From positions 1 through 64,000 of IMG/VR virus record IMGVR_UViG_3300033550_000002: a DNA stretch of 64,000 nucleotides. One strand, written 5' to 3'. The notes beneath the pieces are model-generated. The model ran no database searches, was not told the origin of the DNA, and worked only from the letters and a program-made list of their open reading frames with translations. Shown one piece after another: positions 48,640-57,255 of the stretch. Within the stretch, counting starts at the first letter, position 1; each line of letters begins with the position of its first letter. The position numbers and the translations under genes are program-made. Origin of the DNA: a virus.

Positions 48640-49722
48640 TTGGCCACACCTCCGAGCGCAACCGCCTTCGCAAACGCACTGCGGGCGGAAGGCTGCAAGG
48701 TCGTCGAAGTGGGCGACTGGGAGCACCACAACCGCAACCACAAGGGGCCGTGGGGCCCGGTTTACGGCGTGATGATCCACCACACCGTCACCCGGGGAAC
48801 GGCGAACACCGTACGGATCGTGAAGGACGGGTACTCCGGCCTCCCCGGTCCGCTCTGTCACGGCATGATCGCCAAGGACGGAACGATTCACCTCGTCGGC
48901 TACGGCCGCACGAACCACGCCGGTCTCGGCGACGACGACGTGCTGCGCGCGGTCATGACCGAGAGCGCACTGCCGGTCGACAACGAGGCGAACACCGACG
49001 GCAACCGCGCCTTCTACGGCTTCGAGTGCGAGAACTGGGGCGACGGTTCGGACCCCTGGCCCGCCGCCCAGCTCGAAGCGATCGAGCGTGCCTCGGCCGC
49101 CCTGTGCCGCCTGCACGGCTGGAAGGCCGAGAGCGTCATCGGGCACCGCGAGTGGCAGCCGGGGAAGCCGGACCCCAACGGCTTCACCATGTCCTCCATG
49201 CGCGCACGCGTACGCGCGAGGCTGGCGCACGCGCCGAACGTCCCCACGCCGCCCACCAACGGCTCCACGTACACCGTGAAGCCGGGCGACACGATGGCGG
49301 GCATCGCGAAGGCCCTCGGCGTCACCGTCGAGGCCCTGTTCGCGGCCAACCGGGACCGCGTGAAGGACCCGGACGAGATCTTCCCGGGGCAGGAACTCGT
49401 GATCCCGCCGCCGAAGACCCCGCCGCCGCCGAAGAAGCCGGTCGTCGACCTGTCGCGACTCGTCTCGGCCGCGCGCAACGATCCGTCGAAGAGCGGAACG
49501 CCGGTCAGCTACAGCGGTGTTTCGATCCTCGAAACCGCGCTGGTCGACGCGGGCCTGCTCGCCAAGAAGTACCGCGACGGCCACTACGGATCGAGCACGG
49601 TCTCCGCATATGCCGCCTGGCAGCGCAAGTGCGGCTACCGTGGCACCGATGCCGACGGGATTCCGGGTATGACCAGCCTGAAGAAGCTGGGCGACACCCA
49701 CGGATTCACCGTCGTCGCCTGA
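48640..49722 (+). CDS. endolysin: Amidase_2 + LysM + peptidoglycan-binding domain
   Basis: 'VMIHHT', 'NHAG', 'GFECEN', 'IGHREWQPGKPDP'; LysM 'YTVKPGDT...IFPGQELVIP'; 'DGIPG..SLKKLG'. Confidence 0.93.
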   Translation: MATPPSATAFANALRAEGCKVVEVGDWEHHNRNHKGPWGPVYGVMIHHTVTRGTANTVRIVKDGYSGLPGPLCHGMIAKDGTIHLVGYGRTNHAGLGDDDVLRAVMTESALPVDNEANTDGNRAFYGFECENWGDGSDPWPAAQLEAIERASAALCRLHGWKAESVIGHREWQPGKPDPNGFTMSSMRARVRARLAHAPNVPTPPTNGSTYTVKPGDTMAGIAKALGVTVEALFAANRDRVKDPDEIFPGQELVIPPPKTPPPPKKPVVDLSRLVSAARNDPSKSGTPVSYSGVSILETALVDAGLLAKKYRDGHYGSSTVSAYAAWQRKCGYRGTDADGIPGMTSLKKLGDTHGFTVVA

Positions 49723-49743
49723 CCCTCGAAGGAGGAAATCCTG

Positions 49744-50010
49744 ATGTCCGACCTCGACCTTCCCGACGGCGAGACCGTCGTCAAGACGGCCGCGATCTAC
49801 GCCAAGGATCTGGCGGAGCGCGTCGTGGCCACCTTCGTCGTCACGGCGGCCGGTGTCGCCGTGGCCGCCGGACCCGGTGACATGTTCTCCGCCTCCTTCT
49901 GGGAGACGGTGGCCGCCGCCGGTATCGCCGCCGCCGGTTCCCTGCTGAAGGGCATGGCGGCGCGGGCGTTCGGCACCAAGAACAGCGCCTCCCTGGTCAA
50001 GGGGGCCTGA
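49744..50010 (+). CDS. holin (r1t-like)
   Basis: 'KDLAERVVATF', 2 TM segments, 'SASL' C-terminus; follows the lysin. Confidence 0.75.
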   Translation: MSDLDLPDGETVVKTAAIYAKDLAERVVATFVVTAAGVAVAAGPGDMFSASFWETVAAAGIAAAGSLLKGMAARAFGTKNSASLVKGA

Positions 50011-50441
50011 TGCGCACGGCGGTCCGCAGGATTCAGAAGCTGCTGGGCCGCCGTGGCGCTGCGCTCCTTCTTCTCGGGGTGTCTCACGTGTGCTTCGGGC
50101 TGGGCTACGTCGTCCAGCCCGAGGTCACTTCCCCCGGCCTCGTCGTGCTGACCCGCTGGGCCAGCCTGTACTGCTGGACGTTCGTCTGGCTGACGTGCGG
50201 GCTGGCCGCGTTCGGGTCGGCATGGCTCCGGGTCGGAAGGGACTGGCTCGGCTTTTTCGCCGCGCTGATACCGCCGTTCCTGTGGGGATCGGCGTTCTTG
50301 TGGAGCGCATTGACCGGCGACTACCCGCGTGGACTGGCGGTCGCGGCCTGGTACGTGATCGGGCACGTTGGACTGATTCTGTGGGCTGCGACGGTTCCCG
50401 AGTTCTCCCTACCCCGTCCAGTCCGGAGGGAGCGGAGATGA
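50010..50441 (+). CDS. 4-TM lysis-cassette membrane protein
   Basis: hydrophobic, TGATG-coupled to the holin. Confidence 0.65.
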   Translation: MRTAVRRIQKLLGRRGAALLLLGVSHVCFGLGYVVQPEVTSPGLVVLTRWASLYCWTFVWLTCGLAAFGSAWLRVGRDWLGFFAALIPPFLWGSAFLWSALTGDYPRGLAVAAWYVIGHVGLILWAATVPEFSLPRPVRRERR

Positions 50442-50812
50442 CCGAAGACTGGGGGGCCCTGGTGCCCATCGTCGGAGCAGTGCTGGGGGCGGTGGCCCTT
50501 CTCGGGTCCGGCCTGTTCGCGGCTCGGGCGACGAGGGCGGCGGCCCGCATGACGACGGAGGCGCAGCGCGCCACCGCGCTGGCTTCCGCAGAGCCCGCGC
50601 AGCGCCAGGCCGACCTGGCGACGTTCCGGGAGATCCGGGACGGGCTGGAGCGGAAGCTGGACCAGCAGGAGAGGCGCGTGGACAGCCTCACGTCGCTGGT
50701 GCGGGCCTTCTCCTGGTACGTGTCCGAGTTGACGGGACACATGAGGGGCCAGGGCATCGATCCGCCTGCGCCCCCTGAGCGCATCCAGGAGTACAACCGC
50801 TCGGGCGTCTGA
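50438..50812 (+). CDS. TM + coiled-coil lysis-cassette protein
   Basis: N-terminal TM, coiled coil, 'GIDPPAPP'. Confidence 0.65.
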   Translation: MTEDWGALVPIVGAVLGAVALLGSGLFAARATRAAARMTTEAQRATALASAEPAQRQADLATFREIRDGLERKLDQQERRVDSLTSLVRAFSWYVSELTGHMRGQGIDPPAPPERIQEYNRSGV

Positions 50813-50844
50813 GAAGAGGGGCACCGGGCTGGGGTGCCCCTCTC

Positions 50845-52335
50845 TCACTTGTCCCCGTACAGCGAGGACATCCGCGACCGCTTGGTGAGGTTGTTCAGCT
50901 CCACGTCGAAGTCGATGGTGCCCTCGGTGAGCAGACGCCACCGCTGGACCGGGGACTTCTGGCCGGGCCGGTACAGACGGCCTTCTGCCTGCTGGTTCGC
51001 CACCGTGTCCTCGGTGGCCGAGGCGATGATCTCGCACCGGCAGACGTCCTTGATCCAGTCGACGCCTTCCGCGAGGGACTGGGTCTGTGCGATCAGGACG
51101 CGCCACTCCTTCCCGAAGCCGGTCTCGATCTTCTTCCTCTTGGCTGCCGTCGTCTTCATCGTCCACGAGACAGCCTGGCTTCCGATCGCCTGCTCCGCCA
51201 TGCGGGCCCACTTCGCCGACGACGTCCACAGCAGGACGGGCTCGTCGGGCGGGAGGTCGCGCAGGATCTCCAGGACCGCATCGATCTTCGGCTGCGGCAT
51301 GTCGGGGTTGTAGGAGATGTCAGGCTTGTACTTCCCCTCGACCTCCGTGGCCAGGAGAGTCCCGAGCGCGGCCTGCCGGAGCCTGGTCCGCTGCTCGATC
51401 GGGAGGGACGCACCCACGGGCATGTCGTTGATCCAGGCCAGGGACTGCTTCTTGAAGTCGGCGTACTGCTCGGCCTGCTCTTCGCCCATCGACACCACGA
51501 CCTGGCGTTCGACGATCGGAGGCATGTCGGCGACGACCTCCTCCGTGCGATAGCGAACCACGGCGGGAATGCCCCGCCAGACCGCTCCCGGGAACTTCTC
51601 CTTTCCGATCTTCTTGACCGACTTCTTCTGGCCGCCGGAGTAGTAGGAGTCGTCCTCGATCTCGAAGTGCTTCTCCGCCCACTGCCAGAAGTTCGGGAAC
51701 AGGTTGGGCCAGATCAGGTTCAGGAGAGCCCACAGGCCCTCGGGACGGCCGCCTCCGGGCGTGGCCGACAGGGCCAGCATCTGGGTCGCCTTGATGCACT
51801 TGAGCACCTGACGTGGCACGCCCTCGCGGTTGCAGGCGCGGTGCGCCTCGTCGAGGATCACCAGATCCCATGTTCCGGTCCGGCTCCATGGCGGCACGGT
51901 GCCCTCACGCATGGCGCGCAGAGCGGACGCCTTGGTGGCCTTGGGCTCCTTGCGGATGCGGTTGCGGCCCTTCGACGCCTTGCGCCGGATGTCCTCCGGG
52001 ATGCCGCCGTGCATCGCGTTCCAGCTCATGATGAACACGCCCGGCTGCTTCTTGAGGATCAGCCCCCAGTTCTCGGTGTCGGTCCGGTGTGTGCCCGTGA
52101 TGTGCAGCAGGCCCCGGTCGCGAAGGGCGGGGAACTGCTCGGCGAACGTAGCCTCCCACTGCCGGGGCATCGTCGCGGGGGCGATCACCAGGACGCGCGG
52201 GGCGCGGCCGAGGTCCAGCACGCGGCACGCCTCGACCGAGGTGACCGTCTTACCGGCACCGAGGCCCGAGGCGTTGATGCCGCCCCGGGCCAGAATGCCG
52301 ACCGTCTCCACCTGGTACGGCCTGAGCTTCTTCAC
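50845..52335 (-). CDS. SNF2-like SF2 helicase
   Basis: 'LRPYQ', 'GLGAGKT', 'DEAH', 'SATP', 'EGVD', 'QAEGRLYRPGQ'. Confidence 0.9.
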   Translation of the reverse strand: MKKLRPYQVETVGILARGGINASGLGAGKTVTSVEACRVLDLGRAPRVLVIAPATMPRQWEATFAEQFPALRDRGLLHITGTHRTDTENWGLILKKQPGVFIMSWNAMHGGIPEDIRRKASKGRNRIRKEPKATKASALRAMREGTVPPWSRTGTWDLVILDEAHRACNREGVPRQVLKCIKATQMLALSATPGGGRPEGLWALLNLIWPNLFPNFWQWAEKHFEIEDDSYYSGGQKKSVKKIGKEKFPGAVWRGIPAVVRYRTEEVVADMPPIVERQVVVSMGEEQAEQYADFKKQSLAWINDMPVGASLPIEQRTRLRQAALGTLLATEVEGKYKPDISYNPDMPQPKIDAVLEILRDLPPDEPVLLWTSSAKWARMAEQAIGSQAVSWTMKTTAAKRKKIETGFGKEWRVLIAQTQSLAEGVDWIKDVCRCEIIASATEDTVANQQAEGRLYRPGQKSPVQRWRLLTEGTIDFDVELNNLTKRSRMSSLYGDK

Positions 52336-52601
52336 CTGACGACCTTCCGGTCCCCTCGGGTCCGGGTGTAGACACGGACGTTGTCCGCCGCGTTGCGGCG
52401 CTGGCCCATCAGGTCGCTGGAGACCTCGCCGTCCGTCGTCACCCAGCCGAAGGAGCCGGTGGCGATGTACCCGCTGTCGATCGGGACGAAGAAGGTCCAG
52501 CCGGAGATCTCGTCGCTGAAGCGCCGCGCCTTGACCGGCCGGAACTCCTTGGCCGTCGGGAACTTCTCCAGAACCGCCTGCTCGTGGATCACGCCCTTCA
52601 C
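52332..52601 (-). CDS. hypothetical protein
   Basis: overlapping operon gene. Confidence 0.5.
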   Translation of the reverse strand: MKGVIHEQAVLEKFPTAKEFRPVKARRFSDEISGWTFFVPIDSGYIATGSFGWVTTDGEVSSDLMGQRRNAADNVRVYTRTRGDRKVVR

Positions 52602-52909
52602 CCTTCCTTCCCGAGACGCCTGCGGGCGACCTCTCGCCGCGCGGCGGTCACGTACTTGCGGCCCCAGCGGGCTGCGGTCATCGAGATGAACTGGTCCAGC
52701 CGGTCGCGGATCTCGATCGCCTCGGCCAGACTCAGGTGCGGGTCCATGGCCTTGACGGTCGGCGACTCGCCGACGAAGAGCCAGACGTGCGGCCCCTCCG
52801 CCGACGACGACTCCTGCACGCGCACGGAGTGCCCGTACGAGGTCTCCACGGCGTCACCGCCGTAGATCAGGAAGCCGCGCTGCGTCTCGACCGGGTCCGG
52901 GGCGCTCAA
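52598..52909 (-). CDS. hypothetical protein
   Basis: 'RGF...YGHSVRVQESSSAEGPHVWL...HLS'. Confidence 0.55.
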   Translation of the reverse strand: MSAPDPVETQRGFLIYGGDAVETSYGHSVRVQESSSAEGPHVWLFVGESPTVKAMDPHLSLAEAIEIRDRLDQFISMTAARWGRKYVTAARREVARRRLGKEG

Positions 52910-53157
52910 CTCACCACCCCGATCACGCGGGCCGCCTCGGCGTCGGTCGCGTAGCCCTGCTCGGCCGCGTACTCGGCGATGTCGACCGGCCAGCGCTTGT
53001 CGAAGAACCCGATCACGACCGTCTGGCCCTCCAGCTCGACCGTGTTCGACTTGCCCGCCCCGAAGTAGTCCTTGTGCTCCAGGTAGACGGCTTCCGCCGC
53101 ATCCTGACTCAGGCACTCCAGCCGGACCTCGTTCAGACCGTTCTCACCCTGCTGCAT
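52906..53157 (-). CDS. hypothetical protein
   Basis: AAGGAG RBS. Confidence 0.5.
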   Translation of the reverse strand: MQQGENGLNEVRLECLSQDAAEAVYLEHKDYFGAGKSNTVELEGQTVVIGFFDKRWPVDIAEYAAEQGYATDAEAARVIGVVS

Positions 53158-53169
53158 CCCAGCTCCTTC

Positions 53170-53388
53170 TCAACGCCATCCCACGACCGCGCGGCGCGCG
53201 GACGAGAGGAAGTGCGCGACGGTGTTCCACGGCTTTCCGCAGAACAGGCACCCCTTCAAGGTCGGGGTGAACCAGTGCGGGGTGTCCTTGACTCCGGCTT
53301 CGGCCGAACTGCGGTGCTGGCTCTCGGTCGCACCGCAGTTCGGGTAGAGGCAGGCGTTCTCACCCCTGAAGACGTGATCCTTGATCAC
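53170..53388 (-). CDS. small His/Cys protein
   Basis: two H..C..C..H repeats. Confidence 0.45.
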   Translation of the reverse strand: MIKDHVFRGENACLYPNCGATESQHRSSAEAGVKDTPHWFTPTLKGCLFCGKPWNTVAHFLSSARRAVVGWR

Positions 53389-53600
53389 TTCGTCGACCTG
53401 TCCACCGCGTTGATCGCGCGGTTGACGGCGCGGCGCACCGGCTTGGTGTACATCACGGCCGCTCCGACCGCGAGGGTCGTGGCGGCGGCAAGGCCGCTGG
53501 CCGCAGCCGAGTCGGTGGCCAGCTCCACGCCGACGGCACTCACGGCGGCCGTCGCCAGGATCACCGCGTCGTGGGCGACCAGGTGCGCGTCCTTGTCCAT
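53385..53600 (-). CDS. small membrane protein
   Basis: 2 hydrophobic helices, AAGGAAGAG RBS. Confidence 0.5.
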   Translation of the reverse strand: MDKDAHLVAHDAVILATAAVSAVGVELATDSAAASGLAAATTLAVGAAVMYTKPVRRAVNRAINAVDRSTK

Positions 53601-53628
53601 CTCTTCCTTCTCCGTTTCCTCCGCGAGG

Positions 53629-53931
53629 TCAGACCTCGAAGAACTTCCCCTGCCCCTGCGGGACCTGGGGGGCGTTGCCCTCGTCGACCTCACGCCAGTG
53701 GCGCAGGGACTGCTCGGGCGAGTGGGTCAGCCGGGCGCTGAGCCATGCCCGGAGTTCCGGAAGCTGCTCTTCGCGCCAGGCGGGCTGGCCCTCGATTCTG
53801 CCCGGGACGTCGTAGAAGGTGTCCTCGGGCATCGGGAAGGCGGCCGTCGGTCGGTCCACCCAGTTCAGCACGGTCAGTCTCGTCACTCCGAGGTGCCGGG
53901 CCACGTGCCCAGCGCCGAACAGCTTCAGCAT
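53629..53931 (-). CDS. HTH DNA-binding protein
   Basis: 'GAGHVARHLGVTRLTVLNWVDR...FPMP'. Confidence 0.7.
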   Translation of the reverse strand: MLKLFGAGHVARHLGVTRLTVLNWVDRPTAAFPMPEDTFYDVPGRIEGQPAWREEQLPELRAWLSARLTHSPEQSLRHWREVDEGNAPQVPQGQGKFFEV

Positions 53932-54018
53932 GGTTCGCTCCTTTCGACCTAGGCCAAGCCTAGCACGAATCGGAAGATCGAAGTTCCAACATTGCTGCTG
54001 AATGGCCGACTTGGAGAA

Positions 54019-54396
54019 TCAGTCGGGCTTGTGCGCTTCGAGAACCGCGATGACGCCTTCCAGGGCCTCGTCGGGGTACCCGCGCATCGACCCCAGACCG
54101 TCGGAGCGAGTCGGCATCAGGCCCAGGTCGAAGATCCGGCCGAGCAGGGCCTCGCGCTTCCTGACGGCCGCGACCTCGGTCTTCGTGCGGAAGTACCGCG
54201 TGTAGCCGTAGTTCTTCTCCGTGTCCACGCGATCGGTCATCGAGAAGGCCGACTCTCGGCCACGCACCTCGATGTAGATGCGGCGGGTACCGATCCGGGT
54301 CACCTCGCAGTTGTCGTACTCACGGCCGTCGTAGACGACGACCTTGCTGCCGGGCCGCAGGACTTCCCCGCCGACCTTGAACTCTCGCTCCTTCAT
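54019..54396 (-). CDS. hypothetical protein
   Basis: downstream of a TAGAAT -10 element. Confidence 0.5.
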   Translation of the reverse strand: MKEREFKVGGEVLRPGSKVVVYDGREYDNCEVTRIGTRRIYIEVRGRESAFSMTDRVDTEKNYGYTRYFRTKTEVAAVRKREALLGRIFDLGLMPTRSDGLGSMRGYPDEALEGVIAVLEAHKPD

Positions 54397-54508
54397 GCAC
54401 TTCTCCGTTTCCTCAACTAACCCCATTCTAGCGAAAGTTGAGAACGCGGGCAAGGAGGGCACGAGAAGGGCCCCCCACCTCCGGAGAGGTGAGGGACCCA
54501 GGCGGGGC

Positions 54509-56083
54509 TCAGGTGAGCCACGGCCACTTCTCGTCGTACCCGGCCTCCAGCGCGAGCACCTGGGCGAAGACCTGGTCGGTCAGTCCGCCGAACTCGTACC
54601 AGCCCTTCAGGCGGGTGTCGATCACGGTCGAGGCGTACCCGACCGGACTGACGCCGTAGAGCTTCACGCCGTCCGGCACCGGCAGGCTCCCGACGCGGCA
54701 CTGCATGTCCGAGATCACGAACACGCGGTCGTGGCCGTCGAGACGGTTGCGGATCGCGCCCGAGATGTTCGTGCCGTGGCCGACCTCACCGGTCCGCTGG
54801 ACGAAGTCGCGGGCCGCCGACAGGACGCCCTGGCCCGGCTTCACGTTGTGCCGGAACTCGCTGTCCGCGAAGCCGAACAGGTCCACCCGGCCCTGGTTGC
54901 GCTGGGCCAGCGTGACGCCGAAGATCGAGGCGACCTCCGACATCATGACCGTCGACTTCTGCGACATCTTCGTGTAGGTCATCGACGCCGAGGTGTCGAT
55001 GAGCACGAGCGTGCGGCCCGGCAGCTCCGGGACGGACTTCAGCGAGCTGTTGATCGCGTCGTCCAGGGCCTGCTTCCAGCGGTCGCTCGGGGCCTCGCGG
55101 TACGCCGTGTAGAACCGGAACGGGAACTGACGGCTCTTCGCCACCTCGGCCGGGTCGGCCAGCCGGTCGGCCAGCGCGCGCGCCCGCTTCGGGTCGATAC
55201 CTGCCTCGTCCATGTTCCGCAGGTTCCGCAGCGCGGCCATGTACGGCAGGTGCGGGGCCATGGCGTCCCAGACCTTCTTCGCGCCGACGCGCGCCTTCAG
55301 GTCCGAGACCGCGTTCTCCCACGTGATGCCCGCATCCGTGAAGGCGGAGCCGTCGGCGAGGGACGCGAGCTTGCGCTGGTCGTCCAGGCCGTACCAGCGC
55401 TTGCGGGCCGCGATCATCGGGACCGTCGAGATGTCGCCGTCGCCGTGGTGCCGCTCGTCGAGCAGGTACTTGAACAGGGCACCCTGCCAGTCGCCTTCAC
55501 CGCGCTCGGTGCGCGGCTTCGGGTGGACCAGCTCCAGCACGTCCGCGAAGCGCAGGCCGCGCGCGTCGGAGTCCCACTTCAGCACGTTCCGCTCGGTGAA
55601 GAGGCGGCGGATCGCCATCCCCAGACCGGCGCGGACCGCGTTCGGGAGCGCCCGGCCGAAGGTGAGCTGCCAGTACGCCAGGAACTCGGTGATCTCCTCA
55701 CCCCGCTGGATCACGGAGTCGATCAGCTCGGCGTTGCCGTCGTGCTGGCCCGCCTTGAGCCGGGCGCTGACCGCGTGCGCCGCCCCGGTCAGGGAAGCGG
55801 TGCGGATGTTCGCGTCCGAGCGCAGCCAGCGCAGCAGGCCGCGCAGCCACTCCCAGTCGCCGACCGCGTGCAGCTCCACGAGGTTGTTGTAGCGGGCGTC
55901 GCGGCTGGTGCCCTTCTCATGGAAGGTGTCCTGGCCGACGAGGTTCACGGCCGCGAGGCTGTACAGCTCGCCGCGCAGGCCGTGCCCGAAGGCCGGGGCT
56001 CCCTGGTGGTTCACCGTCGCGCCCTTGACGACGTCCTTCGGGCGTCCGGTCGCCCGGACACCTGCGTTGTTGAAGCGTGCCAT
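54509..56083 (-). CDS. rsr: TROVE-domain RNA-binding protein (Ro60/Rsr ortholog)
   Basis: 'MARFN', 'EL..LAAVNLVGQDTFHE', 'PYMAALRNLRN', 'KSRQFPFRFY.AY', vWA MIDAS 'LIDTSASM', 'GHGT', 'ISDMQ'. Confidence 0.93.
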   Translation of the reverse strand: MARFNNAGVRATGRPKDVVKGATVNHQGAPAFGHGLRGELYSLAAVNLVGQDTFHEKGTSRDARYNNLVELHAVGDWEWLRGLLRWLRSDANIRTASLTGAAHAVSARLKAGQHDGNAELIDSVIQRGEEITEFLAYWQLTFGRALPNAVRAGLGMAIRRLFTERNVLKWDSDARGLRFADVLELVHPKPRTERGEGDWQGALFKYLLDERHHGDGDISTVPMIAARKRWYGLDDQRKLASLADGSAFTDAGITWENAVSDLKARVGAKKVWDAMAPHLPYMAALRNLRNMDEAGIDPKRARALADRLADPAEVAKSRQFPFRFYTAYREAPSDRWKQALDDAINSSLKSVPELPGRTLVLIDTSASMTYTKMSQKSTVMMSEVASIFGVTLAQRNQGRVDLFGFADSEFRHNVKPGQGVLSAARDFVQRTGEVGHGTNISGAIRNRLDGHDRVFVISDMQCRVGSLPVPDGVKLYGVSPVGYASTVIDTRLKGWYEFGGLTDQVFAQVLALEAGYDEKWPWLT

Positions 56084-56098
56084 GGAACTTCTCCTCTC

Positions 56099-56860
56099 TC
56101 AGCCGATGTTCATGGTTCGCCGGTAGTCGGCGAAGCGGGCCTTGCGGATGACCGATCGGTCGGCGCTCCGGAAGACGATGCCTTCCGGCGAGCCGTGCCC
56201 CTTCTCGTCGAGTGCGACGCGGGTCTGGGGCAGGGTGTTGCTCAGGAACCGGTGGGTCCCGAAGTGGGTCTCGGGCATCTCGTAGCCCATCACGGTGCAC
56301 AGGTGCGGCACGCGCGGGATGCCGGTCAGGCGGCTGACGTCGTCGAGCTGTTCGACCGACAGGAAGGTCTGGCCGCCGTTCTCACGCCACCGGGAGATCG
56401 TTTCCCGGTCCCACTCGAAGGGCTGGGTGCCCTCCGTCAGGACGTCGAACATGCGGTGGCCGCGCGATCCGCTGCCCGTGTACTGCTTCGCCTGGCCGCC
56501 GATCTTCGAGCCGTAGACCTCCAGGTACACCGCGACCACGCCGAGTTCCGGGGACAGCTCCGAGATCTGGCACAGGCTCTCCGCGACGGGGCGCAGCTCG
56601 GTGACGATGTCGTGGCTGACGCCGGTCGACGGGACCACCCGGTCACCCTTCGCGTGCAGCAGCTCCTCGCGGGAGCCGATGAAGTAGTCACCGCCGGGGA
56701 GCAGGACGATGCGGCCGTTCGTGCCGTCGACCTTCTCGTAGCCGAACACCTCTCCGGTGAACGGTGTCACCTTGTCGGTGAGCCGACCCTTCTCGCCGAG
56801 GACGTGGTAGGTCTCGATCGATGGGTACTTCGTGACGGAGTTCAGGATTTCCAGGTTCAC
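56099..56860 (-). CDS. ATP-dependent RNA ligase (Rnl2-like nucleotidyltransferase)
   Basis: 'KYPSI', motif I 'EKVDGTN', 'GSR', 'EVYG', 'FDV', 'EGIVFR', 'K.R'. Confidence 0.88.
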   Translation of the reverse strand: MNLEILNSVTKYPSIETYHVLGEKGRLTDKVTPFTGEVFGYEKVDGTNGRIVLLPGGDYFIGSREELLHAKGDRVVPSTGVSHDIVTELRPVAESLCQISELSPELGVVAVYLEVYGSKIGGQAKQYTGSGSRGHRMFDVLTEGTQPFEWDRETISRWRENGGQTFLSVEQLDDVSRLTGIPRVPHLCTVMGYEMPETHFGTHRFLSNTLPQTRVALDEKGHGSPEGIVFRSADRSVIRKARFADYRRTMNIG

Positions 56861-56879
56861 GGTTCTCTCCTTTTCCGGG

Positions 56880-56910
56880 AAAACAAAAACCCCCTCCGAC
56901 TGGAGGGGGC
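56880..56910 (-). terminator. intrinsic terminator after the Y RNA array
   Basis: GCCCCCTCC-AGTC-GGAGGGGGT followed by TTTTGTTTT on - strand. Confidence 0.8.
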
Positions 56911-56916
56911 GCGATA

Positions 56917-57078
56917 TGCACAGACGTACCGGCCGGTTCACCAGAGCAACTGCGGTTTTTGGAGACCATTGCTCTACCAATTGAGCTACCCAGCTTTTCA
57001 AGGCCGGGACTGGAATTGAACCAGCAACCCACGGTTTGAAGTAACCGCCGTCTTCGCACCGGCCGGTGCGTCCGTGCA
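56917..57078 (-). ncRNA. YrlA-type Y RNA, unit 1 (permuted tRNA-Trp-like domain)
   Basis: paired ends; GGUGCGA...UACUUC / GGUGAACC scaffold; T arm GCUGG-UUCAAUU-CCAGU precedes a loop-closed acceptor stem and D arm GCUC-AAUUGGUA-GAGC; adjacent to the ligase-TROVE operon. Confidence 0.85.
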
Positions 57079-57080
57079 CA

Positions 57081-57252
57081 TCACAGGAATCCTGGAGCCG
57101 CCTGGTTCACCGAGATCGCGACGGGGAACGTTGCGCGTGCTGCCAATTACACTACCGGGCTTTCGCCTTCGCCTGGACTTGAACCGGACTACGCCCTCCT
57201 GAAGGGGAAGTATCCGTCACTGTCGCACCAGACGACACCAGGATTCCTGTGA
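57081..57252 (-). ncRNA. YrlA-type Y RNA, unit 2
   Basis: 15-bp terminal stem; same scaffold; T loop UUCAAGU, GGC-GAAA-GCC closed acceptor mimic, D arm GUGU-AAUUGGCA-GCAC. Confidence 0.8.
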
Positions 57253-57255
57253 ATT

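Noticed and set aside
56861-57079. N-terminal extension of the RNA ligase ORF in the track (326 aa)
   Set aside because: It overlaps Y RNA unit 1 and a terminator; a GTG start with AAGGAG RBS at 56860 is better.
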